This document shows positions 1 through 12,677 of a stretch of DNA of 64,000 bases, one piece after another. Numbering within the stretch: position 1 is the stretch's first letter; every line of letters begins with the position of its first letter. Below the pieces are notes generated by a model. The model was not told the DNA's origin. It did no database searches and saw only the letters and a program-made list of their open reading frames with translations. A program made the position numbers and the translations under genes. Source of the DNA: Eledone cirrhosa (lineage: Eukaryota); contig OZ024741.1 of NCBI GenBank assembly GCA_964016885.1, positions 204,290,001-204,354,000 of the forward strand. Direction: 5' to 3'.

Positions 1-409
1 ATCACCGGGAGAGATGACCCCTTAGCCTTTGTCAAGGCAGAATTCTAGAAGGAAAACTCTGATATAACACCTGCAACCCTGATGGTATCCAATGATGTTG
101 ACTTGTTTTTCTTTTTGGTAAATATCATCTTGGTTAAGAGAGTGGGACTGGCTTTGTACAGTGCCTTTGCTCACTATAAAAGCTTCACGGCACAGGCATT
201 GCTTTATATCTGGAGATCTCTTTGCACTTGTCATCACATGGTACCATGGACCCAGCACTATATGTCAATAATTGTCACAAGTGTAGTGTTTGTACCAGAG
301 TTTTCAAGTCGCTGGCTAGACTAAAAAGTCACACTCGTTCAGCGCATCGGTAAGGGTTCTCCTATATGGGTATAAAGTAGTGGCCGTACTCGAAAACGAG
401 TTGGCAGCC

Positions 410-413
<4 letters not shown>
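1..413 (+). mobile_element. Non-autonomous RTE-derived retroelement, 5' part outside the window
   Basis: Reverse complement of the copies at 25238-25846 and 33140-33750. Its 3' ~180 nt match the 3' end of the RTE LINE at 22723-22905. Ends in (TA)n. Confidence 0.8.
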
Positions 414-450
<37 letters not shown>

Positions 451-454
<4 letters not shown>

Positions 455-834
455 TAATAAAAATAATGAATAAAAACAAAGAAAACAGTTCCTTATATTA
501 AAAAATTCATCATTTTACGATCGTTTCTAGGATATATATGTGTGTGTTGGTATGTATATCATATAGATCTATGTAAAGGTTTTACAAACTATCAGAGGGA
601 ATATACATACCTACACATATATATGCTGTCTTCAGAAATAATTATTTCTCAAGACAGCATATATATGTGTAGGTATGTATATTCCCTCTGATAGTTTGTA
701 AAATCTTTACATAGATCTATATGATATACATACCAACACACACATATATATCCTAGAAACGATCGTAAAATGATGAATTTTTTTAATATAAGGAACTGTT
801 TTCTTTGTTTTTATTCATTATTTTTATTAATTTA
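451..834. repeat. ~190-bp-arm near-perfect palindrome of a PLE pLTR-like repeat
   Basis: 451-640 is the reverse complement of 641-834, centred on GAAATAATTATTTC. A single-copy relative lies at ~10075-10280. Confidence 0.9.
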
Positions 835-963
835 TCTTGACTCTGTTTTCCTGTGTTTTTCATCGAAAAAATGTTGAATATAACTTCTCTTTTCATGATA
901 TTTGGATTACATTGAGTTCTTCATACGGATTGGACACTACCGTATATTTTTGGTAGATTTATC

Positions 964-1069
<106 letters not shown>

Positions 1070-1700
1070 TATGTATACGTACATACATATATGTATACAG
1101 ACGTACAGTAGTATGTATATATATATACATACATGCACACATATATATATGTACATATGGATTCACCGAACATTTATTATAATGCTCGGTTTGTTTGTAA
1201 ACAAACATCCCGAATTAAGCCGTACAGTGTCTAGCAACCATCGTTGCTCATTTGTTCAACACTGACAAATGAACGCTGTACTAGTTTCAAGTTTATTAGC
1301 TATCGTCAGCAACGTATACCTTCCTGCCAGATGATTGAACGTCTGAAAGTATATACTTTCCTTATGCATATTAACGGCATATATATATATCACTTCGCAT
1401 ATGTTTCTCATATATATCTCCTATCTCATTTTTCATATGTATCTCCTATCTCATTTTACATCTATGTATTTTATGTATTTTTGTATTTTTTGTGTATGTT
1501 ATACCTTGCATTTTTTGTTTTGTTCCATGTGATAGAGATATTAACTATGTATTCGCCTAACTACTACGCTTCATACTGTAATTTACCCTCCGTTCTACTA
1601 TACGGTACTATCGTTCAATATGTAGATAATATATCTGTAACATTGATCCCACTTTCAAAACTTCTTACTATAACTTAAACATCTCCCTATTTATTAGTTA

Positions 1701-2107
1701 CTAGCAGATTTACCCGGCGTTGCTCGGAGTTTGAAATTGTGCTAAGAATATACAGCTAGGAAGTAAAAGAACATTATTTGTCCCCAACCTGTCAAAGTAA
1801 GCAGAAGTCTTCAATAATTAATTCAAACGAATATATTTGGTGAAAAGGTTATGTCCCTTTTTTATAAGGATTGTCAATAAAGTTTGTTATCTCCCTTACA
1901 TCAATTTTTCTACCGATAATTTTGATATCGATTTTTTATTGCTCAACGTGGGTCAATTTGAAAAATGTTTGTGATGTGACAATCTTAGCGACCTGTGCAA
2001 CGTGCACAGAAAATTTGGTCAAATTCAGTTGGTAATTGTGAAAGCCTTATGCATGCAAAGTTGTACACAGACACACACACACATCCTCGCTTTTATATAT
2101 ATAAAGA
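1701..2107 (-). mobile_element. Non-autonomous Helitron (~407 bp)
   Basis: Minus strand starts TCTTTATATATATAAAAGCG and ends CCGAGCAACGCCGGGTAAATCTGCTAG (hairpin plus CTAG). Inserted between A and T. The 3' end matches the Helitron ending at 43824. Confidence 0.85.
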
Positions 2108-2199
2108 TTATATGTACATATATTTTTTACTTCAATCTAGATTCTAACTTGTAATTTTTTTGATTTTTGATTTTTGATTTTTGATTTTTAATTTTTAGT

Positions 2200-2760
2200 G
2201 TTAATTTCCAACTCTCATTCATAATTTCTACTGTGAAACCATAATACCTAGAAATAAGTATATATTCTCTTAGCAGTCGATGGTCAATTCTACTGTCCAT
2301 GCTTAATTTAGGGGTAGTAGTGGGACCTATTGATACTCATACTCTCCCACGCCCACTAGCTTTCGGCCGGCTGTCACTAACAGGGTGGCTAGCAGTAAGC
2401 TATAACCGTGTCATATTACAGGTCTGGATGGGGTCATTGTTTGGTTGAGAGGGGGACCTGCCTAGGCGAGCTTCGTAGAACTCTGCGGTAGTTGATGGTC
2501 AACTTCCTTCGGACTTGCGCCTGCGCAGACCGGTGGTGGTGAATTGGGACTCACAAGGGAACGAGTGAAGAACTCAAGAGCACATGCTTTGTCCGTCCCC
2601 ATGTCGATTCAATTTGGATTGCCTCGGAAACATAACCTTATTATGTAACAAGCTGTCTGATGATGTCACGGCACTGGGCGCACCGAACCGTGTGGCCACT
2701 ATTGTCATTGAAATATGTATCACAGCATTATTATTAAAGGACTTTAACATATGAAACTAC
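2200..2760 (+). mobile_element. Probable PLE pLTR remnant with a degenerate hammerhead core
   Basis: CTGATGA...CCGAAC at ~2656-2687, with TGCGCCTGCGCA upstream at 2516-2527. Confidence 0.35.
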
Positions 2761-2779
2761 TTCGCTTTCTTATTCTATA

Positions 2780-4004
2780 TATATCAAATCCATGCACTAT
2801 AACCATATTAACTATTTTTCAGAACATTACTCCATTAACAATTTGCAATGTGCATAGAATTGAAAATAAAGTTCATAATAGAGAAGCATGAAAAAGGCCT
2901 GACTCCACCCAAGATATTTAAACTGGGGAAAATTCTTAAAATCAATAGAATGTTGATCAAAAGGACAATCGATTGATTTAAGGAAACTTCCTCGATCAAA
3001 GACAGACCTCGATCCAGACGCCCTCGCACCTCAAGAACACCAAAACTCGTTAAAAGTGTGAGGGAAAAAATAAGGCGTAATCCAAGAAGGTCCATGAGAA
3101 AAATGGCAGAAGAAACAGAAACATCGCCGAGAACTATGCGGAGGATATGTCGAAATGATCTGGGGATGTCACCCTATAAGTTCCAAAAGAGGGAGCTTCT
3201 TTCTGCAGCCACAATTGAAAAGAGACTCTCCAGAAGTAAACTGTTATTGAACTGTATCAAGGATGGCACGCTGCAAAACATCATCTTTACAGATGAGAAA
3301 TTATTCACTGTGCAGCAGTCTCACAATCATCAAAATGATCGAGTACTTGCAAAAAGTCTCAAATCACTTCCTTCAAGTGTAGGAAAAGGGTTCAGAACAC
3401 AGAAACCAGCATCAGTGATGATTTGGGCAGCCATTTCTGAAAGAGGTAAGTCTCCTCTGATTTTTGTGCCTCAAGGAGTTAAAATTAACAAAGAACTTTG
3501 CATAAAGGATATTTTGGAAGGAGCACTGATGCCATGGTGCATATCTGTTTATGGCGATGACATTTGGACTCTCCAACAAGATGGAACGACGAGCCACACT
3601 GCTTGTATAACACAACAGTGGTGTAGAGACCATTGTCCTGCATGGATCAGTAAGGAAGAGTGGCCTCCCACATCACCAGATCTCAACCCTCTCGATTTTT
3701 CTTTATGGTCAATTCTTGAGAGTGAAACCTGCTCTACTCCTAGCCAAAATATTGAAACTCTAAAATCAAAACTGAATAAAGTATGGGAGAAAATACCCAT
3801 GGAAACTGTTCGTGCAGTCATCGAAGACTTTCCTAGAAGACTTCCAGCGGTGGTGAGAGTTAGAGGAAAGCATTTCGAATAAATTTTTGTGCCGTTGTTT
3901 AATAGTATATTACTTACTATTTGTTGAAGTCAGATCTTGAAATAAATGTTTTTTTCAAGAACTATTTGCATTTTATTTTGTAACAGTTTTTATGCCCCAC
4001 CCTG
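2780..4004 (+). mobile_element. Tc1/mariner DD37D (maT) transposon with one nonsense mutation; left terminal inverted repeat (TIR) not seen
   Basis: ATG at 2848 is in frame with ORF 3058-3882 across a TGA at 2974-2976. Motifs FTDEKLF, QQDG and SPDLNPLD, with 37 residues between the 2nd and 3rd Asp. Right end ...CACCCTG|TA at 4004. Confidence 0.9.
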
Positions 4005-4013
4005 TATATATAT

Positions 4014-4854
4014 AAGTGGAAGCTTAATAAAATCGAGGCTTTGGCTGTGGCCAAGCAAAGTCGACCTACAATTAGGAATGAGTAGCAACTCACTCAATAA
4101 TTATTGTTATTACTCCTTAGAGTAATAACATTATCGAGGTTGACTTTTCCTTTCATCCTTACGGGGTCGATAAAATAAAGTACCAGTAATACACTGGGTA
4201 ATTGCTGGCCTTGTGCCTAACGTAGAAACAATTATGTTTAGATAGCTTGACAAATTGAAAATTGCGGAAAGCAAAACCCAACCATACAATACCAAAACAA
4301 CGAAAGAACTAATCAGGTTAAACAACAGACCTGGACAAATCGAACGATATTCTGCAATACGTCCGATGTTTCTATGAATCCGAAATCATCAATCCAACTT
4401 ACGTAACACGTAAGCTTGGGGTATTCCATGATCGAACAGGGGATTCACTTCATCGACAGGCATTTCGTTCTTTGCCTCAAACGGGTGTGAACTGTAACTC
4501 ACTACGACCGCCACAATAGACAGCCTTCAATCATTTCGTTGTCACGTGTTATTTCCAACAAGGGAAGCAACCCCCGGTTTTTGGTGGGTAAATTCAAAGT
4601 GTTAACAAAGGAAAATAATTCCGCTCAACATTCCGAATAAAAGCTCTCAACTAGACAAATAATTAACCAATCAACAGAATTGTCTAATTAAATTAATTAA
4701 TTAATTATTATGTCTAGGAGATAATAATACAAGTGGAAGCTTAGTAAAATCGAAGCTTTGGCTGTGGCCAAGCAAAGTCGACTTACAATTAGGAATGAGT
4801 AGCAAAGCACACAATAAGGGTAGGTCCTTAGAGTAATAACATTACGTTTAGATA

Positions 4855-4856
<2 letters not shown>
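4014..4856 (-). mobile_element. ~600-bp repeat with a partial tandem duplication (pLTR-like), interrupted by a SINE
   Basis: 4014-4133 is repeated at 4731-4856. A diverged reverse-complement copy lies at ~10300-10900. Confidence 0.65.
4134..4233 (+). mobile_element. 5'-truncated tRNA-derived SINE
   Basis: CTTTCATCCTTACGGGGTCGATAAAATAAAGTACCAG core shared with 19726-19916. Confidence 0.85.
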
Positions 4857-4932
<76 letters not shown>

Positions 4933-4933
4933 T

Positions 4934-4967
<34 letters not shown>

Positions 4968-4968
<1 letters not shown>

Positions 4969-5123
4969 CGGGGTCCTGGATCTTTTCATATATATATATA
5001 TATATGAAAAGATTCAGGACCCCGACGGCTGAGCTCCGGTCGTTTCGACAGCTAGATCCGAACTCAGCTCAGATCTAACTGTCGAAACAGCGGGAGCTCA
5101 GCCGTCGGGGTCCTGGATCTTTC
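4968..5123. repeat. Double palindrome of a pLTR/hammerhead fragment
   Basis: 4968-5025 folds around a (TA)n spacer and ~5006-5123 folds again. The arms carry GAAAC..GAGCTC..CCGTCGGGGTC, also seen at ~11041 and ~51161. Confidence 0.8.
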
Positions 5124-5139
5124 CCGAGGCTACAATAGA

Positions 5140-5213
5140 ACTTGCTGAAGGTGCCACATAGTGTGACTGAGTCCAGAAGCATGTGGTTGTGAAGAGATCT
5201 CCTTAACCACACA
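5140..5213 (-). mobile_element. tRNA-derived SINE head fragment (second family)
   Basis: Reverse strand reads TGTGTGGTTAAG...CAACCACATG...CAGTCACACTATGTGGCACCTT. A relative lies at ~61015-61100. Confidence 0.55.
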
Positions 5214-5645
5214 ACGTCTAGAAACCATTATTCGATGTCTAAAAGAGTTGAGATTACTCTCATGAAATAATAAACATCCAATAAAATTCCAGTCCAGCAT
5301 ATAGTAGTTGCTCCCGTAGTTACCAAAATATAGTCAGCAGACATTTTATTAGACATGTCAGCAGACATTTTGTTAGATATGTAGCGGATAAGTGGATATT
5401 CTTTGTATGGTAGTTTGATGAAAAAAATAATGCCATGATTGAGTTGTTAACAACGTTTATTTTATAATAACATTATTCACTTTGAACTTCGAGTAATAAT
5501 ATTTATGTCATGAATTATCCGTACATTAAATTGCTTTCTAACTTCTATGAGTTAGAGTAAATGCATGTGTTGTATCTTACAGATACAATATGACAGAGAC
5601 GAAAGAATAGGTGAAGCATAGAATGTAAACAATATGAACTTACTA

Positions 5646-5780
<135 letters not shown>

Positions 5781-6893
5781 CGTATTCTTAGAATATATTC
5801 TTCTTCTCAAAGATGCTGCTTCATGTCTGGCTGCCTGGCTGTTAAGGTGGAAGCCAGTAAGGGCCAAGACAGAGATAGAGTGAAAGGTCTACTGATGCCT
5901 ACATCGTTATCATTTGCTGATTGCTGCTTCGGGTCTGTCCTTTGGGTGTCCTAAGTCGTTGTATTTATAATTGGTGCTAAAGTTAGACGGGTGTATATAT
6001 GAGGTTGATTTATGATCAGCCATGTGGATATTGTCTCCCAGGAAGCTAGGGTCACAGGTCAAGTGGAATGTACGTTTATCATCGTTGACTTGACAGGACA
6101 ATGGTGGGAACTTTCCAATAATGGTTAGTCCCAAAGGCGAGAAACCTCAGATTCGCTTTCGAATCTTCGCCGGTAAAACAGGAGTATTCCGTTATAGATA
6201 TATCTGCAGAGATAAGCATTCGGAATGTGGCTGATGGAATCGGTATTACACTAATAAGGCATTTGAAATTTCTGACTCATTCACTTGTTTGGTGATCCGT
6301 GAGGAGGGTGAAGGAGGCTTGTCCATAATTCTCAGCTGTGACCTATTTTCAGGAACCATCAATGGAGACAAAATTTACAACTGTCATTCAACATTGCTTC
6401 TAAATACACATTTAGCATTTTACTTTACTACCAATTGAGCTTGCCGAATCCAAGATGACAAATGATCATTTTTTAAATAAAAATGAAAATGAAATAAACT
6501 ATTTACATACAGATGTGTGTGTGTGTGTGTGTGTGTAAACTACATACACACACATACACACACGCATATATATATCTATATCCTTATAAAAAGGAAGTTT
6601 GTTTGTATGTTGGCCGCTAATATCACTAAATAAAATTGATAATAATTAAGGTTTTTCTCGTGGGATTTCAACTAATCTGGCCCCATCAAGCTAACTGTAG
6701 ACTTATTTTCCGAAATACCATCGGGGGGGGGGGGGGAGAATTTACTGCTATTTCTAGCACACAGATACTGTCTCTTCCTTCGTCGTGCTATCAATATAGA
6801 GAGAGGGAAACACTTCACGTCTCACTCAAACCACCTCCTCCTCTCTCTAACTAAAACATTTGTTGTCGGCCGATTTGACATCTGACTTTCGTG

Positions 6894-7930
6894 GATGAAC
6901 GTCGTGGATGAACGTCTGTCCGGGTACCTAAAGGTCGACTGGTGGTTCAGGAAGCGTTCCTTAAATCGGCCCTCCGCCAAACCCACATAGGATTTGACCT
7001 CCTGTGGTTGATTTTGTCGGTTGGAAGTGACCACAGCTTCATAAATTACAGCGGGTGTGTTGCATTGCTGTTGAAGGGGACAAGCTTCGGGCTTACGGCA
7101 AGAGCACTCTGGTGGGGTGTTGCTCTTAGGGCTGTTTGTGATGTGGGCCTTCATGTTCTTAGCGCATGAGTATCCTAGTTTTACTTTGTGTCGGTTAAAG
7201 ATGGAGCGGTATTTATGACCTATGGGAAAGTGTCTATCTAAGAGGGTTAGAAATTGTTTGCCTACATTGGTTTTAACGTTGAGTGAGAATGCAACACACC
7301 CGCTGTAATTTATGAAGCTGTGGTCACTTCCAACCGACCAAATCAACCACAGGAGGTCAAATCCTATGTGGGGTATGGCGGAGGGCTGATTTAAGGAACG
7401 CTTCCTGAACCACCAGCCGACCTTTAGGTACCCGGACAGACGTTCATCCACGAAACTCGCGAGCCACGTATAGTCCCTCAAGGACTCAAGTATAGACTAC
7501 TCCATTCAATGGAAAGCCATCACTAAGTCCAAGCCATACGCAAGGGGAAATCCGTCGTGTGGACTATGTATTGATGAACGAATAAATATTCTAAAGAGAT
7601 TATGCAATAGTGATTGCCTAAACACGAGAAATGAATTCTTCACACGTTGTCCACATGTCTCGAAACACCTCTTACATAACTACAACGCTCCAGATTGAAT
7701 CACAACAACATCCTAATTTTCTTATCAACTAGAAACTTTTCGGACTTTCGCAGTTATCTCCCTTACACCTCTCGCACGCTTTTTAGTATTGCTTGTGTGA
7801 AGTGACGGTTTCTGCGCATGCGCGTTCGTACGGCTATCCTTTCTGTTCCGTATAACCATGTCCATTACGAGCTGAGGATCCGCTAAGGTGAAACAATTGT
7901 TCTCGGTATGGTGAACTAACTGTTGTGTAA
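6894..7930 (+). mobile_element. PLE 3' portion (GIY-YIG endonuclease and pLTR) with an inverted 5' segment
   Basis: 7287-7700 (+) encodes VIYEAVV...YVG.AEG.FKERF.NH...CGLCIDE...LNTRNE..RCPH. 6894-7286 is the inverted, overlapping upstream part (CSCRKPEACPL linker). Hammerhead at 7868-7905. Confidence 0.85.
7868..7905 (+). ncRNA. Minimal type I hammerhead ribozyme motif
   Basis: CGAG-CTGAGGA-tCCgctaaGGt-GAAA-CAATTG (palindromic stem III)-TT-CTCG. Confidence 0.7.
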
Positions 7931-7980
7931 CCACTTATATATATATTTATATATATATATTTATAAATATATATATATAT

Positions 7981-8550
<570 letters not shown>

Positions 8551-9033
8551 TATATGTATAAAGTTGTATTCCTGTCTGTTTGTTTGTTCACGAACTATTC
8601 CTATAGTTTTGGAGATAGACCCCATTCTGAAACTACATTGCCAAGGGTACTTGGATAAGTATATTTCATTTTAATCAAAGGGTTCCCCGCGAGCACAACC
8701 CCCCCCCCCCCCCCCCCCCCTGAACATTTTTTCCCTTCGATTTATATGAAATTTAAACCATAGGTAAATGACAAGATATGATGCCTAATCACAAAAGTTT
8801 TGAATTGATATTTTGAAAAAAAATATTTACCAGAAACAAAGTATATTACAAAAAATAATGTTTTCCAATTTTTCATGCATTACATTTTACATTGAGTAAT
8901 ATTGAAATGCAGAGTTTTTCTCCATAAATTATATCACTGATTCAAAATCAATCATCATGTTCTTACACACAGGCCTCTACAGCTAAAGACAGTTAATTGA
9001 GACTGTTAATTAATATAGACAAAACAATCCGGT

Positions 9034-9541
9034 ATGCTGCCACACAACCTTGAATTGGAGAAGGGCACAGTCACCATGCATCTCAGAAACCTGGATCAGC
9101 CAATATTGTGCAATGGGATGCGTATGGTTGTCACTGAACTACAGCTTCACATTAACAAAGCCCAAATCCTCAGTGGATGTGGTAAGGAGGACATCACATT
9201 TATACCTAGAATACCACTAATACCAACAGATGTCCCCTTTCATTTCAAACGATTGCAATTCCCAGTAAGAGTCAGTTACGCAATGACCATTAACAAGTCC
9301 CAAGGTCAAACACTGCAGGTTGTCAGTCTCCATCTAGAAGAGGGCTGTTTCTCACATGGTCAATTGTATTTAGGTTGATCCAGAGTAGGCAGTTTCCCAC
9401 AGACTCTTCATGTGCTCCAAAGAAAAAAATTTAAAACATTGTATAAGTTCCGTAAATATTTCATAATTTTCGTAGAATACATTTTTCTATTATTTTCTTT
9501 TCTCATTATATATCGCCTTCTTTTCTGAAAATTGAATGTGT

Positions 9542-9572
<31 letters not shown>

Positions 9573-9830
9573 GGGGGGGGGGCTCGGAAATTTCTTCTGA
9601 GCGAATAACAGAGGCATGAAGAGAGAGAGACACTCGGAATTACAGATATGCACCGGAAAGCATTGCAAGCTTAATTAATTAAGTGTTCCCCAATTTCAAA
9701 ATCCACCATACCAATGAGGAGTGGCTGTATGAAAGAGCAATCTTTGCTCCGCCAAAACATCAGTGAATGCCATCAACAAAATCTCTCACAAATGATCGCT
9801 GGAGGTAACCTGACCTATAAATCAGTCGAC
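9034..9830 (+). mobile_element. Helitron Pif1-helicase fragments
   Basis: LCNGMR...RLQFPVRVSYAMTINKSQGQTL...FSHGQLY at 9034-9378. WLYERAIFAP at ~9722-9751 lies out of the normal order. Confidence 0.8.
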
Positions 9831-10078
9831 GTTAAAATCATTGAATATTCTAAAGTTATTACTTTCTATATTTAGATATTCTAAATAATTCTTTTAAATT
9901 TTGTTATGCAATATTTAAATACCTTTTAACATCTCTTATTCTAATGAAAATGGACATTACGACAGATAGCAATAGGTGCTTTATGAATAGATTTGAGCAC
10001 AGTACAGACCGGGGTCAATTCAAAACCTGTTCCCAAACAGACTTTTTGTATTAATACTTTCTTTCAATAAACATACTT

Positions 10079-10220
10079 CATCATTTCTGAAGATGGCATA
10101 TATAAGTGAAGGTATGTATATCTCCTCTGATAATTTGTAATATTTTTTTTACATAGATCTTTAATACGATATACATACCAACATACACATATATATCCCA
10201 GAAACTATCGTAAAATGATG
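10079..10220 (+). ncRNA. Type I hammerhead motif with a very long stem II
   Basis: CATCATTT-CTGAAGA-[~107-nt hairpin including GGTATGTATATC/GATATACATACC]-GAAA-CTATCG-TA-AAATGATG. The homologue at ~756-775 has the palindromic CGATCG. Confidence 0.7.
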
Positions 10221-10299
10221 ATTTTTTTAATATAAGGAACCTGTTCTTTGTTTTTATTTCATTGTTTTTATTAATTTATATATATATATATTATTTTCT

Positions 10300-10900
10300 C
10301 ATAAATTTAATAATTAACTAATTAATTTAATTAGATAATTCTGTTGATTGGTTAATTATTTGTGTTTGTTTAATAACATCTGGTTGAGAGCTTATTCTGA
10401 AAGTTAGCGGAAATTATAATATTTCCTTTGTCTAACACTTTGAATGACCCGCCAAAAAACCGGGGGTTATTTCCCTTGTTGGAAATAACACGTGTCAACT
10501 AAATGTTCGAATTCGCTGCTGTTAGCGGCACCATTCAGCGTTTCGCCGCGTTCTTTGGTAGAACGAAATTGCTGTTGATAAAAATAAATCCTCTGTTCGA
10601 TCATGAATACCATGAGCTTGCCAGTCACGTAAGTCTGATATTTCATTTCGGATTCATAGAAACACTTTAAACGTATAATGTTTGATTTGTCCAGGTGTAT
10701 TTTTTCAACCTGTTAGTTCTTTCGTTACTTTGGTATTGTGTGTTAGATTTTGCCTACCACAATGTTCAATTTGTCAAGTTATTTAAACGTATGTTATTAC
10801 TCTGAGGACCTACCTTATCGAGTGCTTTGCTAACTCATTCATATCGTAGGTCGAATTTGCTTGCACACCGCCAAAGATTCGATTTTACTAAGCCTCCAAT
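10300..10900 (+). mobile_element. Second copy of the 4014-4856 repeat family
   Basis: Reverse-complement similarity along its length. Degenerate CTGAGGA-CCTAC...GTAGG-TCGAA at ~10802-10855. Confidence 0.65.
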
Positions 10901-10925
10901 TATATATATATATATATATATATAT

Positions 10926-11085
10926 AACAAAGAGGGTGTGGTAAGATACCAGGTGGACCATAACGCACTAGAGTACTCAATACTTAGGGTAGTAGAATCC
11001 TGACTCTTTTCCTATTACCCACTCTACTACCCTAAGCTTTCGAAACGGCCGGAGCTCAGCTGTCGGGATCCTGACTCTTTTCCTA
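10926..11085. mobile_element. Rearranged pLTR fragment of the 51000-51287 family
   Basis: 10926-10993 is the reverse complement of ~51215-51287. 11041-11084 matches ~51161-51203. Confidence 0.65.
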
Positions 11086-11879
11086 TATATATATATATAT
11101 CAACTCTTCCCCCTCTTTCTTCCTCTCTCTTTCTCCCTCTCACTTTCACTCTCCCTCTCTCTGCTAGCCACCTCACTGTTTCTCTCGCCTGCTCCTCTAG
11201 CTGTCTCTTTTTCACTTACTCTTGCGGAGGTCAGACGTGTTTTTTCTCGTCCACACCAATCTCGAGCTTATGTTCAGTAATTGATGTTGACTTTAATTTT
11301 TCTCTCTCTTCCAGTTGCTCACACATATGTGTTTTGGGTTTCCCTCTTCGGTTTGTTGCTTCCTGTTTTTGTTTTTTTTTTCGCTGTTTTTTCCTTTCTC
11401 TTCTCTCTTCCTTTCTGTTACTATTTTTTCTCTCTTTCCCTTTTTTTCCCAATAACTTCCTTGAGTTATTGACGCCCTGGGGTGAGACATATTGTCTTTA
11501 ATGCATTGAAATGTCCAAGATCCCCAGCAGACAACTGATGAAGGAAAATGTTCTCCCCTACTTACTTTCCTCTTTTCATAAGTACTCCTTATCCAGCAAC
11601 TACACAGCCCGTTTATTCTTACATTTATATATGTCTGTGTGTGTGTGTGCACGTATATATGTGTGTGTATGTACATATGCATGTATATATATATATATAT
11701 ATATGCATACACAAGTAGAAACAATTATTGTTGTTGTTGCCGTTATTATTATCGGCCAGGTGGCCGTCGCTTTTGTGGACTCTCTCCACGAGTAATGTAA
11801 GGTGTTTTATGATGCTTTTGCCACAGCCGCCGCCTTTGGACGTGATATGGGAAAATCCTTTCCCAAGGTTCATATCACT

Positions 11880-12500
11880 ACAAAACAGCTTTATACTTAT
11901 TTCGTGGCTTCAAGGACGGATCCGTAGGACGGATCCGACTATCAACTGGATTCATTGTGAAAATCGCCCCGTCATCCTCCTTAAGAGGGGAAGGACAGGC
12001 ACTTTCTATCTGCCTTGTGGCCATGGCAAAAGAGGTCATGTAGTTGACGCGTTTGAAGGGGTTGAAGACAGCCATTTTCCTCTTCGGCAAAGCCCTGATT
12101 AACTTTTTCATATTTCAATTGAAGAGGAAAGTCAGGGTGAAGAGGGAAGTGCTGCCTTCCAACCAGTTTGTGAAAAGGTGTGCAAGAATGGCGAGCATGG
12201 TCCGTGTGAATGGGCCTGCCTTGAACATACGCCTGTAGATTGGAGTAAAAAAAACTGGGAGAAGGCATTTTGCCCGAACGGACAGGTGACCGGGGCTTTT
12301 GTAGGATTTCTACACGAGTGACCCTTAGAGTCTCCTCATCTTTGGGGAATTTGTTATGTTTGTTTTAAATGTTTATTTTCTTAGTCTCTTTTTTATAAAT
12401 TTTATTTTACACAAAGAAAACCCCACACTGTATCGTCCTGTATCGTCTTTAATGTTTCCTTAATGTGAACCCTGTGTGGCTAATAAAGAAATCATTATTA
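11880..12500 (+). mobile_element. 3' end of an L1/Tx1-like LINE
   Basis: Broken frame CLVAMAKEVM*LTRLKG...FVKRC resembles an ORF2 C-terminus. T-rich 3' UTR, AATAAA at ~12482 and a short ATT tail. Confidence 0.45.
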
Positions 12501-12502
12501 AT

Positions 12503-12677
12503 CAGTAGAGGGTCGGACACCATGCTTTCCAGCTTAGAGTTACGGCCCTTTATGGTCTGAGTTCAAATCCCGCCAAGATTAACTTTGCTTTTCATCCTTA
12601 CGGGGTCGATAAAATAAAGTACCAGTAATGCACTGAGATAATTGCTGGCCTTGTGCCAAAAGTAAAAACAATTATTA
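12503..12677 (+). mobile_element. tRNA-derived SINE
   Basis: B box GAGTTCAAATCC and the family core. Confidence 0.85.

Noticed and set aside
22-324. Recurrent ~80-aa ORFs (MVSNDVDL.., MLGPWYHV..)
   Set aside because: They recur only because the non-autonomous repeat is multicopy; no domain signal.
5910-6134. 74-aa minus-strand ORF
   Set aside because: No recognisable motif or splice context.
7387-7389. In-frame TGA as possible selenocysteine in a PLE
   Set aside because: The inverted twin has an Arg codon (CGA) here, so this is CpG decay; the same is likely for TGA 2974.
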